DNA of 64,000 nt from Nitrospinales bacterium (GCA_965262115.1 OZ253496.1:160001-224000), one strand, 5' to 3'. Shown: positions 39,682-50,135, numbered from the stretch's first letter. The notes: generated by a model not told the origin, from the sequence alone. Translations and numbers: made by a program.

Positions 39682-39973
39682 AGCAGAGATAATCGAAGTT
39701 GAAAAGGAGTATTTGCTTGCTTTAAAAATGCCGGATAATACGCTCAAAATAGCTATTACCCAGGATGTGCCCAATGATGTTAAAAAGGTTTTTAATGAGC
39801 TGATCGTATCCCTTAAAAATGGAGTTTTTAAATTTGCATTAAAAGAGGTAAAGGATAAAGATATTTTTTATCATGTTGCAGAGGAATATATTTCCCAATT
39901 AAACTCGGAGCTGGATGTAATTTATAAGGAAATGGAAGAATATAATTTGTTAGGCCCAGATAATAATGAGTAA
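39668..39973 (+). CDS. Small acidic hypothetical protein coupled to the PHP-ATPase
   Basis: ATG overlaps the read-through end of the upstream gene. Confidence 0.75.
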   Translation: MVTHEAEIIEVEKEYLLALKMPDNTLKIAITQDVPNDVKKVFNELIVSLKNGVFKFALKEVKDKDIFYHVAEEYISQLNSELDVIYKEMEEYNLLGPDNNE

Positions 39974-40016
39974 AGCGGATGCGGATTCATATTGCTATAA
40001 AAAATACTAGAGAGAG

Positions 40017-40046
40017 AATGTCCGCTTATGGCCGAAAGCCGACATT
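40017..40046. repeat. 11-8-11 palindromic site B
   Basis: AATGTCCGCTT-ATGGCCGA-AAGCCGACATT with one arm mismatch. Confidence 0.85.
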
Positions 40047-40389
40047 GATCCCTCCTTTAATGGCTAGACAGAGTAATACCGGGTTACATCCTTATGTCAC
40101 AGAATTGACGCATTTCCGGGATATGGGGTTTTGCATCTGAGGTGTCTTTTTTTTGCAAATGAGCTGCGCGGTTACACAATGAAGGATAACATCCCATAAA
40201 ATTGACACGCCAAGTTGCGATTTTGGGATTTTTGTTTGCGAAAGGTTATTGAAATTATTCTACCAATTGAGTAAGATGGCAAATTAAAATAACTCATGAA
40301 AACACAAAAAGTTGCGGGAACGTGGCGATTTTCCAGGTTCCCACTTTTTGTTTGGATTTGGGCTCAAAAACGCTCCAACGAGGGAATTT

Positions 40390-41235
40390 GTGGTTAAAGA
40401 AATAGATTTTAAGGAAAAAATACCTGTCACCCATCACCTGATAGAGCTTAAAAACAGGTTGGTGCATGTAGGAATTGTTGTTGCGCTATTTTTTGGTGTT
40501 TGCTTTTTTTTCGTGGACTTTCTCTTGTTATGGCTGGAAGACCCTCTGCCGAAACAATATAACGACCTTACCTTTATAACACCCACAGAACCCTTTTTTA
40601 CTGCTATGAAGGTCTCCTTCATGGGGTCCATATTCATCTCCATGCCATGGATTTTATATCATGTCTGGGGCTTTATCGCTCCCGGTTTAAAGGTGAAAGA
40701 GAAAAAGATCACCGCATTGTTTGTTGCCTTCGGAACGTTGTTCTTTCTCTTTGGCGGTTTGTTTTGTTATTTTTTGGTTGTTCCTCTGGGGTTAAAATTT
40801 TTACTGAATTACGGCACGACCTGGTGGAAAATGCAGGTCACCATTGGTTTTTATTTCTCCTTTGTGGTGAAGATGATTTTGGCTTTTGCCTTTGCATTTC
40901 AAACTCCGCTCATCATGGTTTTGTTGACCAAGTTTGGGGTGATCAATACTGTCAAAATGAAGCTCTACCGCAAATGGGCATTTCTCGGGATGTTTGGCCT
41001 GGCCGCAGTTTTAACCCCACCCGATATCATCACTCAGTTGTTATTGGCATTCCCGCTTTATGCCTTGTATGAATTTGGTGTGATTGTATCCCGATTTTTC
41101 GAGGATCCCAAAAACCGAGAACTGGCATTCAAACAAATGAAAGCGGAGGCGGCTGCAAAGAAAGCCGCTAAAGAAGCGGCTCAAAGGGCGGCGATGGCCA
41201 GTAAAGCCAAAAAGAAAACCCGCAAAGCCTCCTGA
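40390..41235 (+). CDS. tatC: Sec-independent translocase TatC
   Basis: HLIELKNRL, FIAPGL, FQTPL and TPPD motifs. Confidence 0.95.
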   Translation: MVKEIDFKEKIPVTHHLIELKNRLVHVGIVVALFFGVCFFFVDFLLLWLEDPLPKQYNDLTFITPTEPFFTAMKVSFMGSIFISMPWILYHVWGFIAPGLKVKEKKITALFVAFGTLFFLFGGLFCYFLVVPLGLKFLLNYGTTWWKMQVTIGFYFSFVVKMILAFAFAFQTPLIMVLLTKFGVINTVKMKLYRKWAFLGMFGLAAVLTPPDIITQLLLAFPLYALYEFGVIVSRFFEDPKNRELAFKQMKAEAAAKKAAKEAAQRAAMASKAKKKTRKAS

Positions 41236-41251
41236 TTTTCTGATTCCCTGA

Positions 41252-41899
41252 TCAAACAAAAAATACCAGAACGGAAATTAATCGTGGGTAGTGAAGCACG
41301 ATTAAAATTTCTGCAATGGTGAAACCCATATGCACCAGGATCGGAACTATTATTGAGCCTGTAGCTCTTAATAATCCCGCCGATATCATCCCCAGAAATA
41401 AATTTCCCAAACTCGGTTTGAAATGAAACAGGCTGTAGAGCAGGCCACCGCCAATAATAGCGGTGTTTTGTTTCTTCAACAAATTATTGACAACAAGACC
41501 CGTCACGAAAACCTGACTGAGAAATGGGATTACAAGGACGCTGGAAATGTTTCCTGCGATAGAGGTATTAAATCCCATCTCCTCAGGCACTCTTAATTCT
41601 GCTCCTGCAAATAATTCTGCCTGCGACAGCCCTGCTTGGACCAGTAAACTGTCCATTAAGACTACACCCACGACAGGGAGCGTTCCTAATAGAGTGCCTA
41701 TTGCCAGTGTTTTGCTGATATTGTTGAAGCCTAATTGTTGCAGGGAGACGCGCTTTAAGGCAAGAACGAGTGCCAGGGCCGAGGCAAAATAAAAGATGTG
41801 CCAGAACTCATAAATAAACCTGTTACCGGAAAAAACAAGGTGTACCGTTGGAAAAAGAAACAGGAAATAGAGGGCCAGAATGGGGGTGAGAATTTTCAC
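41252..41899 (-). CDS. CPBP/CAAX-protease-like membrane protein (degenerate motifs)
   Basis: Multi-TM; LYSLFH and SIIVPILVH motifs; EE motif absent. Confidence 0.7.
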   Translation of the reverse strand: MKILTPILALYFLFLFPTVHLVFSGNRFIYEFWHIFYFASALALVLALKRVSLQQLGFNNISKTLAIGTLLGTLPVVGVVLMDSLLVQAGLSQAELFAGAELRVPEEMGFNTSIAGNISSVLVIPFLSQVFVTGLVVNNLLKKQNTAIIGGGLLYSLFHFKPSLGNLFLGMISAGLLRATGSIIVPILVHMGFTIAEILIVLHYPRLISVLVFFV

Positions 41900-41998
41900 A
41901 CCACTCGGCGCCAGCGTGACGCTGGACCCAAAGAGTAATAGCCTATTGGGGTATTGTTGTTCGAGTGATAGATCATTGCTAGTTGCCCCCACGGCTAG

Positions 41999-42127
41999 GA
42001 GACCTTTGCATAACCCAATATTCTTCGTTGCAATAGCTCCTCAGAATGAAAAAATAGCCTTTTATTGTCATGCTGAGCTTGTCGAAGCATCTCGCTTTTT
42101 TGCTTTATAGACTTACGCAAAGGTCTC
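41999..42127. mobile_element. 129-bp MITE with IS5/IS1106-like terminal inverted repeats and 9-bp target duplication
   Basis: GAGACCTTTGCATAA...TTACGCAAAGGTCTC flanked by CACGGCTAG on both sides (41990-41998 and 42128-42136). Confidence 0.85.
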
Positions 42128-42167
42128 CACGGCTAGTGGGCGGAGGTTCTCCGCATTGCAGGAAATT

Positions 42168-42410
42168 TTAGGGTTGGGTTTTTGCTGGTGTGATCAAACC
42201 AGAAATATGCGCCGAAGATTCTGTTTCCGATATTTGACCACTGATATGCATATCCGGGTTGTATGAAGTTGCTAGGCCACTGATATGGCTCAAAGAATTC
42301 TTATTGTCATCAGAATAAAGTTCATCCTGCAAAAGCGTGGCGTTGAGATAAAACCCCCTGAATATAAGGGCGGAAAGTATGCAGGACTCAAGAAAGATGT
42401 TTTTCCACAT
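42168..42410 (-). CDS. Small putative secreted peptide with three HISG repeats
   Basis: Hydrophobic N-terminus; SHISGL, MHISGQ and AHISGL. Confidence 0.45.
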   Translation of the reverse strand: MWKNIFLESCILSALIFRGFYLNATLLQDELYSDDNKNSLSHISGLATSYNPDMHISGQISETESSAHISGLITPAKTQP

Positions 42411-42629
42411 AACAGGCTGGTTAAATTGGTCATATCCACAGCTAGTTTAAAATTTTTTACTGGTAATTACAACTTAATAGCTACCTGTCTGGTTGACAAA
42501 ACCTGCTTCTTTATTTAGTATCTCGTTTGAGTTAAACTATCCCTAGCCTCCCACCCGGGCGCATATTTCATCATTCAGGGCCAACCATTCTCCTCAATCT
42601 TTAAGGCAATCTTTTAGGCTGAAAATATC

Positions 42630-43094
42630 ATGAAAAAAATTGCTATAGCCTCTGATCATGGGGGATTCGATCTAAAGGAAAGTGTCATCGCCCACCTGTT
42701 AAATACCGGTTGGGAAGTGGATGATCTGGGTCCGCATAGCGGAGATTCTGTGGATTATTCGGACTACGGCATCAAGCTTGCCGAAGCGGTCGCTGAGAGA
42801 AAAGTCGAACGCGGGATCGTGATTTGCGGCACGGGTATTGGCATGTCCATTGTGGTCAACCGCTATCCGGGGATTCGTGGGACTTTGTGTTCAGACGTTT
42901 TCACCGCTAAATTATGCCGCGAACATAATGATTCAAATATCCTGATTATGGGGGGTAGGGTGATCGGTAGGGGGTTGGCCGCTGAAATTGTCAATACTTG
43001 GCTCAGCACGCCTTTTGAAGGAGGGCGCCACCAAAGGCGACTCGATAAAATCAATCAAATAGATGCTTCTATAAAGTCCAAAGAAAAACATTAA
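42630..43094 (+). CDS. rpiB: Ribose-5-phosphate isomerase B
   Basis: [18 protein letters not shown] and FEGGRHQRR motifs. Confidence 0.96.
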   Translation: MKKIAIASDHGGFDLKESVIAHLLNTGWEVDDLGPHSGDSVDYSDYGIKLAEAVAERKVERGIVICGTGIGMSIVVNRYPGIRGTLCSDVFTAKLCREHNDSNILIMGGRVIGRGLAAEIVNTWLSTPFEGGRHQRRLDKINQIDASIKSKEKH

Positions 43095-43113
43095 TCCTAA
43101 GGAGATATTTAAA

Positions 43114-44361
43114 TTGTCACTTGCTGATTTTGATCCGGAGATCGCTCAATCCATTAAAGATGAAACCGAGCGGGAAAATAATACTCTTGAGATGATCGCC
43201 TCTGAAAATTTTGTCAGCCCACAGGTGCAGGAAGCCCAAGGCTCGGTCATGACCAATAAATATGCCGAAGGCTACCCGGGTAAACGTTATTACGGCGGTT
43301 GTGAATTCGTGGATGTTGCTGAAAGCCTCGCCATTGAGAGGGCCAAAAAAATATTCTCCGCCGAGCACGCCAATGTCCAGCCTCATTCCGGCTCCCAGGC
43401 TAATATGGCGGTTTATCATACTGTCCTTCAACCGGGAGATACCATCCTGGGAATGAATTTATCGCATGGTGGGCACCTGACCCACGGTAGCCCGGTGAAC
43501 TTTTCCGGATACACTTATAATGTTGTCGCCTATGGAGTCAGCCAGGAAACGGAACTTATTGACTATGACGAGGTACGAAAACTAGCCGTTGAGAACAAAC
43601 CCAAATTGATCGTGGTGGGGGCGAGCGCTTATCCAAGAGTGATCGACCCTGTTAAGTTTCGGGAAATTGCTGATGAGGTCGGGGCAAAAATTATGACCGA
43701 TATCGCCCATCCTGCAGGCCTGGTTGCGGCAGGACTCTATCCCTCCCCAGTACCCCATTCAGACTTTGTCACCACCACCACACATAAAACCTTGAGAGGT
43801 CCTCGTGGGGGAATGATTTTGTGCCGGGAAGAATATGCCAAAGAGGTCAACAAAAAGATTTTCCCCGGAATTCAGGGCGGACCCCTCATGCATGTGATTG
43901 CTGCAAAAGCCGTGGCTTTTAAGGAGGCGTTGAGTGCAGATTTTGTGACCTACCAGAAGCAGGTGATTGCCAACGCACAATGCCTGGCTCAATCATTAAT
44001 CGATCAGGGATATAAAATTGTCAGTGGTGGAACCGACACGCACCTGATGCTGGTCGATTTGCGTCCTCAAGATATAACCGGTAAGGATGCCGAGGCAGCG
44101 CTCGAAAAAGCTGGCATCACGGTCAACAAAAACACCGTGCCGTTTGAGACCCGCAGCCCGTTTGTGACTTCCGGAGTTCGGATTGGTACCCCCGCGCTGA
44201 CCACTCGAGGAATGAAAGAAAATGAAATGCGTAAAATCGGAGAAATGATTGTCCAGACACTGGAAAAAGTTGAAGATGATAGTTTCCACGCCCAAACCCG
44301 TAAAAAAGTTCGTGAACTCTGCGACCAGTTTCCGCTTCATCTGGAACTCACCAATAAGTAA
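43114..44361 (+). CDS. glyA: Serine hydroxymethyltransferase
   Basis: IASENF, YAEGYPG and [14 protein letters not shown] motifs. Confidence 0.97.
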   Translation: MSLADFDPEIAQSIKDETERENNTLEMIASENFVSPQVQEAQGSVMTNKYAEGYPGKRYYGGCEFVDVAESLAIERAKKIFSAEHANVQPHSGSQANMAVYHTVLQPGDTILGMNLSHGGHLTHGSPVNFSGYTYNVVAYGVSQETELIDYDEVRKLAVENKPKLIVVGASAYPRVIDPVKFREIADEVGAKIMTDIAHPAGLVAAGLYPSPVPHSDFVTTTTHKTLRGPRGGMILCREEYAKEVNKKIFPGIQGGPLMHVIAAKAVAFKEALSADFVTYQKQVIANAQCLAQSLIDQGYKIVSGGTDTHLMLVDLRPQDITGKDAEAALEKAGITVNKNTVPFETRSPFVTSGVRIGTPALTTRGMKENEMRKIGEMIVQTLEKVEDDSFHAQTRKKVRELCDQFPLHLELTNK

Positions 44362-44364
44362 GCT

Positions 44365-44853
44365 ATGAAATGTCCCGGTTGCTCCGGCATGGAAAACAAA
44401 GTCATTGATTCCCGCTTGAATAAGGAGGGGACTGTTATACGAAGGCGAAGAGAATGCCTGAGTTGCTCCGACAGGTTCACCACCTACGAAAAGCTGGAGC
44501 GGTCTTTACCCATGCTGATTAAAAAGGACGGTCGGCGGGAAGAGTTTGATCGCGACAAAGTTATTGAAGGAGTCAGGAAGGCCTGCCAGAAAAGACCCGT
44601 GAGTGTCAAAGATATTGAAGACCTTGTAGACCGTGTGGAACAATATATTCAGGAACTGGGTGACAAGGAAGTCTCTGCCGTGAAGGTGGGCGAAAAAGTC
44701 ATCAGCGAAATTTATAACCTGGATGATGTGGCCTATGTGCGTTTCGCTTCCGTTTACCGTTCCTTCAAAGACGTGAATGAGTTCATGGTTGAGTTGAAAG
44801 AAGTCCTCAAGAACAAAGAAGGCAACAACCCCCCCGGCAGTCACCTGCGGTAG
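44365..44853 (+). CDS. nrdR: Transcriptional repressor NrdR
   Basis: MKCPxC, RRRREC, ATP cone and AYVRFASVY. Confidence 0.97.
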   Translation: MKCPGCSGMENKVIDSRLNKEGTVIRRRRECLSCSDRFTTYEKLERSLPMLIKKDGRREEFDRDKVIEGVRKACQKRPVSVKDIEDLVDRVEQYIQELGDKEVSAVKVGEKVISEIYNLDDVAYVRFASVYRSFKDVNEFMVELKEVLKNKEGNNPPGSHLR

Positions 44854-45292
44854 TGGAGAGCCTCCCAATTATGATTTTTACAGATTATTCTCTTAGATTA
44901 TTCCATTCTCCACTAGATATTTTCGTCCTCCCTTAATGCTATACCCTACTGGATTTTTATCCCAAATCGAAGATTTTTTATCAATTAAATTATATCGAGA
45001 AGTCTATCAAGGAAATATTTAGTTTTCACATCTGATTCTTGAATATGATTAGAAATCTAGTTATGGGATTTTGCCTATACCAAGATGATGTGATAGTGCG
45101 TCAATAAATTCTCTAGTAAGTTTCTTACTCTAACAAAAAAACTTCCAGAACAAGTTCTTTCTTCCCTTTTAATTCATCAAGCACATTACGCATCAATGGG
45201 CATATCACTCCTTAGCTTCAACTGCTCCGGTTTTTTTTACAGGGCCTGATGCTAGTTCCTACAACGGAATCTTAACACACAGGATACAATTT

Positions 45293-45427
45293 TGAGAGGA
45301 TTAGGGTTTGGTGGGGTCGTCATCGCGAGCCGCGAAGCGGCGTGGCGATCCAGATTTTATAGCAAACCTACTAGATTGCCGCGTCGGCAAAGCCTCCTCG
45401 CAAAGACGGCGAACCCAAATCCCCTGA
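45293..45427. repeat. REP/MITE-like palindrome (GTCATCGCGAG...CTCGCAAAGAC) inside imperfect outer inverted repeats
   Basis: Inner IR 45319-45329/45397-45407; outer GGATTAGGGTT/AACCCAAATCC; related hairpin at 27140-27170. Confidence 0.6.
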
Positions 45428-45480
45428 CCACATTGAAAATAAGATTAAACCACCCTCACCTCATTCCTCTCCCTTCAAGG

Positions 45481-45955
45481 GAGACCTTTGCATAAGAGGG
45501 TATTGCGGTAATTTTCATTAAACGGTGTTGAAGTTGAGAGTGAAACGCTATTGTTTGAGTAATGTTCTTTGACGCATATGGTTTTTATTGCTATTCGCTT
45601 TGCCGTTTTCCGTGTTCCCCAGGTGCTTTCCTCTCTCAAGCCAGAGTTTCCCGTGTTGGCGCTAAAACAAGACGCCGTTTCATATTCATGGCCATGCAAA
45701 CCAGGGTGATTTGAACCGCTGTCCGCGTCAACCCGATATAGCGTGCCCTGCGCAACCGGTAATGGTTCTTGAGGATACCGAAGACATGTTCTACGGGAGC
45801 GCGTAATTTAGTCATCCGTTTGTTGAATGCGGTCTGAGCAGGTTTCAGGGGATGATACTGATTGGGCCGATGCATAATGCCAACAAAAATACCGCGTTCC
45901 TGAAGTTCCTTGCGCCGGGAGTGTTTGCCATAAGCCTTGTCTGCATACACTGCTT
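45481..45955 (-). mobile_element. IS5-family remnant (transposase C-terminus 45636-45950 plus one terminal IR)
   Basis: YADKAY, RAPVEHVFG and RARYIGL motifs; TIR GAGACCTTTGCATAA at 45481. Confidence 0.85.
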
Positions 45956-45997
45956 TCTCGTTAGAAATCGAAAAATCCCACTGTTGAATAGTTCAAG

Positions 45998-46336
45998 TCA
46001 CACGTGCAACGCGGCTACTTCTCGGGTAGATTTTCTTGGGCGAGGGCGGACTTTAACTTTCACGTCCACTTGTTGATCGAATTTGTTCAGAATAGAAATA
46101 AGACGATCTGCCGTAAAGCGTCCTAACTTAACATTGCGAATGCGGGAAAATTCGCTTGCCTTCACCCCTGTTTGTTCTTCGGCCTTGCGCACAGAGAATT
46201 TCTTTTTATCGAGAATGTCAATGATCCTGGCGGCGAGAATGCATTTCAATTGCTCGGTGTCGGCATTGGGGTCTCCAAAATCCCGAAAGACATTGCCACT
46301 ACCATGTACTATTTCTATTTTTTCATCCTTCTTCAT
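45998..46336 (-). CDS. XRE/HigA-like antitoxin
   Basis: GSGNVFRDFG and HTH_37-like pattern; ATGA overlap with the upstream toxin. Confidence 0.85.
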   Translation of the reverse strand: MKKDEKIEIVHGSGNVFRDFGDPNADTEQLKCILAARIIDILDKKKFSVRKAEEQTGVKASEFSRIRNVKLGRFTADRLISILNKFDQQVDVKVKVRPRPRKSTREVAALHV

Positions 46337-46678
46337 TTTAAAAAGTCCTTTAAATCTTTAATCCTCTTTTTGATCAGGTCTATATCCTGCTTCGGGGTTT
46401 TAATGCCTGTTCTTGATTTTTTCTGGAAGGCATGGACGACCCAAATAGCTTCCCCAATTTGCAAAGCATAAACAACTCTGTAAGAATCGGCCCGGTATTT
46501 AAGAGCGATTTCTAAAACACCCGCACCAAGCCCTTTCAGGTTTTGCGTTTTCTGTTTTAGCTCCTTCTGCGGCCACGGTGAGAGTGCGCCTTATCTCCAG
46601 TTGTGCTCCTTCAGGAAACTTTTGATAATCCTTTAAAGCTCCTTTCACCCATGAAACAGGTCTTGTGTCTCTAATCAT
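46333..46678 (-). pseudogene. RelE/HigB (Gp49-like) toxin, frameshifted near 46540
   Basis: MIRDTRPVSW...AK/LKGLGAGVLEI..YRVVY..HAFQKKS in two frames. Confidence 0.8.
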
Positions 46679-46999
46679 CGCAATATGTTTACAAATTTGT
46701 CAACGCCTGTCAATGCCTTTAATTTTTGGATTGTTTTTTCTATCTAGAGTAGAGAGGCGGTATTATTAGAATTTTGCCGATTTCATGTAGTGCGTCCATC
46801 TCGCCCATATCTCCTGCCCGAAAGGTAATATATTTGGTCCTTTTATAAGCGTAATAATCGAGGCAAGAGTGGATGACTCAATAAGCTCTTGTCACCGGCC
46901 CCAAGCCCAGTGGTGGCGAAGAGTTGAATGGGAGAAAACAAAATGTTACGATACCTCTCAAGCTTCTAAAATTACGGTTTTCTGCACCCTTGGTCGGCC

Positions 47000-47791
47000 A
47001 TGGATAAAATTTCGTTCAATCTGTCTTTATTGAGTTATCTCATGGCGTCTTTAGGGTATTTCGTTTATCTGGCATACAGGAGGCCTCTGGTTGCGACGTT
47101 GGCGGGGTGGACGGTGGCATTTGGTCTGCTTTGCCAAACTGTCACCATAGGAATCCGGTCGAGCCAAACCGGTCACGGGCCTTACACCACTTCTTTTGAG
47201 GTGGCGTTGTTTCTGGCCTGGTTGATGGTGGTGGTTTATTTTTTGACCGAATGGAAATACAAAATTAAGGATCTGGGGGCTTTTGTCATCCCTCTGGTTT
47301 TCGTTGTTCTGTTGTTTTCAGCCTTTCTTTCAAAAGAGTCGGCCCTGGTCCCCGAATCGGAGGTGCGATTCTGGCTGACCATGCACAGGACCCTATCGAT
47401 CATGGGCTATGCGGCGTTTTCTATCGCATTCGCCGCCGGAATCATGTATTTGATTCAGGAACATCAGGTCAAAACGAAAAAACTGGGAATGATGTATTTC
47501 AGGATGCCGTCTCTTGAAGTTCTGGATGATTTGAATTTCAAGGTGATCACAATAGGGTTCCCGTTGTTCACCCTGGGTTTTATGACCGGGTCCATTTGGA
47601 ACACGCAAATGGACCTGCCATTTTTCTCGTGGGATCTGACCCGCACCCTGCCGCTGGTGATAACATGGCTGATCTATTGCCTGGTGTTTTTTGGAAGAAT
47701 GACAGTGGGAATGCGAGGTAAGAAAGCCGCTCAGGGGGCGATTCTTGGATTTATAACTGTAATAGGAACTTATTTTCTACACATATTATGA
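47000..47791 (+). CDS. ccsA: Cytochrome c assembly protein CcsA/HemX-like
   Basis: Multi-TM, Trp-rich (WWD-like) region; upstream of hemA. Confidence 0.85.
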   Translation: MDKISFNLSLLSYLMASLGYFVYLAYRRPLVATLAGWTVAFGLLCQTVTIGIRSSQTGHGPYTTSFEVALFLAWLMVVVYFLTEWKYKIKDLGAFVIPLVFVVLLFSAFLSKESALVPESEVRFWLTMHRTLSIMGYAAFSIAFAAGIMYLIQEHQVKTKKLGMMYFRMPSLEVLDDLNFKVITIGFPLFTLGFMTGSIWNTQMDLPFFSWDLTRTLPLVITWLIYCLVFFGRMTVGMRGKKAAQGAILGFITVIGTYFLHIL

Positions 47792-49068
47792 TATCAACCG
47801 AGCCAAATCTTATTCTGGTGGGGGTCAACCATAAGACCACTCCTGTGGAAATCAGGGAGAAGCTCGCCTTTAATCAGGTCAAGCTGGAAGCCTCTCTGGA
47901 GCAATTGGTCCGTTGCCCGGAAATTGCCGAGAATATAATTCTCTCAACCTGTAATCGGGTCGAAATTTATGCCCGTGTCAATAATGCCGACCAGGGTATC
48001 CAGCTTCTTAAAGATTTCATTTGTGACTACCACGGAATATCGCGGGGCAGTCTGGATGAGTATTTTTACAGCTACACAGATAATCAGGCCGTTGAGCATC
48101 TCTTCAGAGTTTCGGCGAGTTTGGACTCGATGATTCTGGGGGAAGCTCAAATTCTGGGGCAGGTGAAGGATGCCTACAGCACCGCCCGCGCGTTAAGTTC
48201 TACCGGTCTGGTTCTCAACCAGCTCTTTGAGAAAGCCTTTAATGTTGCTAAAAAAGTAAGGGAAGAAACCGGGATTTCCGAGCGCGGGGTTTCTATCAGT
48301 TCCGCCGCTGTGGAGCTGGCAAAAAAAATCTTTGAGGATCTGGAAAATCACTCGGTCATGCTGGTGGGAACGGGTGAGATGGCCGAACTTGCCGCGAAAC
48401 ATCTTATAACTTATGGTGTTAAAACCGTGTATGTGGCCAGCAGAACTTATGAGTGGGCCATTTCTCTTGCCCAGACCTTGAACGGCTGTGCTCTGGACTT
48501 TAAAGCTTTTAAGGAAGAGTTGTACCGGGCAGACATTGTTATTACTTCGACTGCCGCACCGAATTTTATCATTCATAAAGATATGATCGAGCAGGCCATT
48601 CATAAAAGAAAAAACAAACCTATATTCCTCATAGATATTGCGGTTCCCCGGGATGTTGCCCCGGAGGTGAACGATTTGGAAAATGTGTATTTGTATGACA
48701 TTGATGATCTGCAAAACGTGGTGAACGCGAACATGGAAGAACGGCAAAAAGAAGCTGAAAATGCCATGGAGATTATCCAGGAGGAAGTCACAAAATTTAA
48801 CAACTGGTTTTCCACGCTCGACGCGATTCCCACCATTATTGAAATGCGAAACCGTGCTGAGGAGATGCGCATCACTGAAGTGGATAAAACACTCAAGACC
48901 CTCACCCATCTTTCTGATAGTGACCAGAGGGCAATCCATCAACTGACGCAATCATTGGTCAACAAAATTCTGCATAAGCCCACCATCAATCTAAAAAAGA
49001 AAACTCAATCTATGGATGGACACGTATATTTGAAGGCCATTCGCCACTTATTCCATTTGGACGACTAG
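47788..49068 (+). CDS. hemA: Glutamyl-tRNA reductase
   Basis: STCNRVE, GEAQILGQVK and DIAVPRD motifs. Confidence 0.97.
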   Translation: MISTEPNLILVGVNHKTTPVEIREKLAFNQVKLEASLEQLVRCPEIAENIILSTCNRVEIYARVNNADQGIQLLKDFICDYHGISRGSLDEYFYSYTDNQAVEHLFRVSASLDSMILGEAQILGQVKDAYSTARALSSTGLVLNQLFEKAFNVAKKVREETGISERGVSISSAAVELAKKIFEDLENHSVMLVGTGEMAELAAKHLITYGVKTVYVASRTYEWAISLAQTLNGCALDFKAFKEELYRADIVITSTAAPNFIIHKDMIEQAIHKRKNKPIFLIDIAVPRDVAPEVNDLENVYLYDIDDLQNVVNANMEERQKEAENAMEIIQEEVTKFNNWFSTLDAIPTIIEMRNRAEEMRITEVDKTLKTLTHLSDSDQRAIHQLTQSLVNKILHKPTINLKKKTQSMDGHVYLKAIRHLFHLDD

Positions 49069-50007
49069 ATGGAACCCCGAAAAATTAAGATCGGCAGCAG
49101 GGGGAGTCCCCTGGCCTTGTGGCAGGCCAACTGGATCAAGGACCAGTTAGAATCTTTGCATCCTGAGATTCCGGTAGAGATTGTCGTCATTAAAACTTCC
49201 GGCGATAAGATCCAGGATGTCCCGTTGGCTAAAATCGGCGGCAAGGGTTTGTTCGTTAAGGAAATAGAAGAAGCCCTGTTGAAAAAAGATATCGATTTTG
49301 CTGTTCACAGCATGAAGGATATGCCCATAAAATTTCCCTTTGCCTTGTGTATTGCGGCGGTTACAAAAAGGGAGAATCCTTTTGACGCTTTGATTGCAAG
49401 AGACAACATTAAGCTGAACGATCTTCCAAAAGGCGCCAAGGTCGGGACAGGCAGTTTAAGAAGGATGTCGCAGTTGCTGCATTATCGTCCTGATCTAAAT
49501 CTGGTTCCTCTTCGCGGCAATCTTGAAACGAGGATCAAAAAACTGGAAACGGAAGGGTTGGATGCGATCATTCTTGCCGCAGCAGGCCTTATTCGCATGG
49601 GGTGGGATGATAAAATCACAGAAATTATCAGTCCCGAAATTTTATTACCGGCAATGGGGCAGGGCACCGTCGGGATTGAAGCGCGAAAACATGATGTCGA
49701 CAATCAGATCCTTCTAGCCGATATGGATGATGAAAACACGCATCTGGCTCTGGACGCTGAGAGAGCAGTCGTCACTCAACTTGAAGGCGGTTGCAACGTT
49801 CCCATTGGCGCATTTGCGACGACCGAGAAAGACCAAATGACGTTGAAAGGGCTGGTCGCAAGCCTTGATGGAAAAATCTTGCATAAAAAAGAACTAAAAG
49901 GTAGGATGGTCGACGCTATTGCCATGGGAACAGAGTTGGGCAATGCGTTATTGGAGATGGGCGGCGATAAAATCATGCGGGAAATTTATGGGCATAATTT
50001 GATGTGA
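49069..50007 (+). CDS. hemC: Porphobilinogen deaminase
   Basis: SRGSPLALWQA, VHSMKD and LEGGC motifs. Confidence 0.97.
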   Translation: MEPRKIKIGSRGSPLALWQANWIKDQLESLHPEIPVEIVVIKTSGDKIQDVPLAKIGGKGLFVKEIEEALLKKDIDFAVHSMKDMPIKFPFALCIAAVTKRENPFDALIARDNIKLNDLPKGAKVGTGSLRRMSQLLHYRPDLNLVPLRGNLETRIKKLETEGLDAIILAAAGLIRMGWDDKITEIISPEILLPAMGQGTVGIEARKHDVDNQILLADMDDENTHLALDAERAVVTQLEGGCNVPIGAFATTEKDQMTLKGLVASLDGKILHKKELKGRMVDAIAMGTELGNALLEMGGDKIMREIYGHNLM

Positions 50008-50135
50008 TATGCTACCGCTTAGTTTGCTATGATTAATGTTTTTCTTTGTCGCTGTCGCTAATGGAACGGTTTTATCTACTTTTGTTTGTTTCTTAATTTT
50101 TGGGTGTTATATTATGACTAGGGTTAATGAATTAA

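Noticed and set aside
37473..40046. Classical integron attC sites
   Set aside because: No RYYYAAC/GTTRRRY cores, the sites are too short, and no intI is present; kept as a different site type
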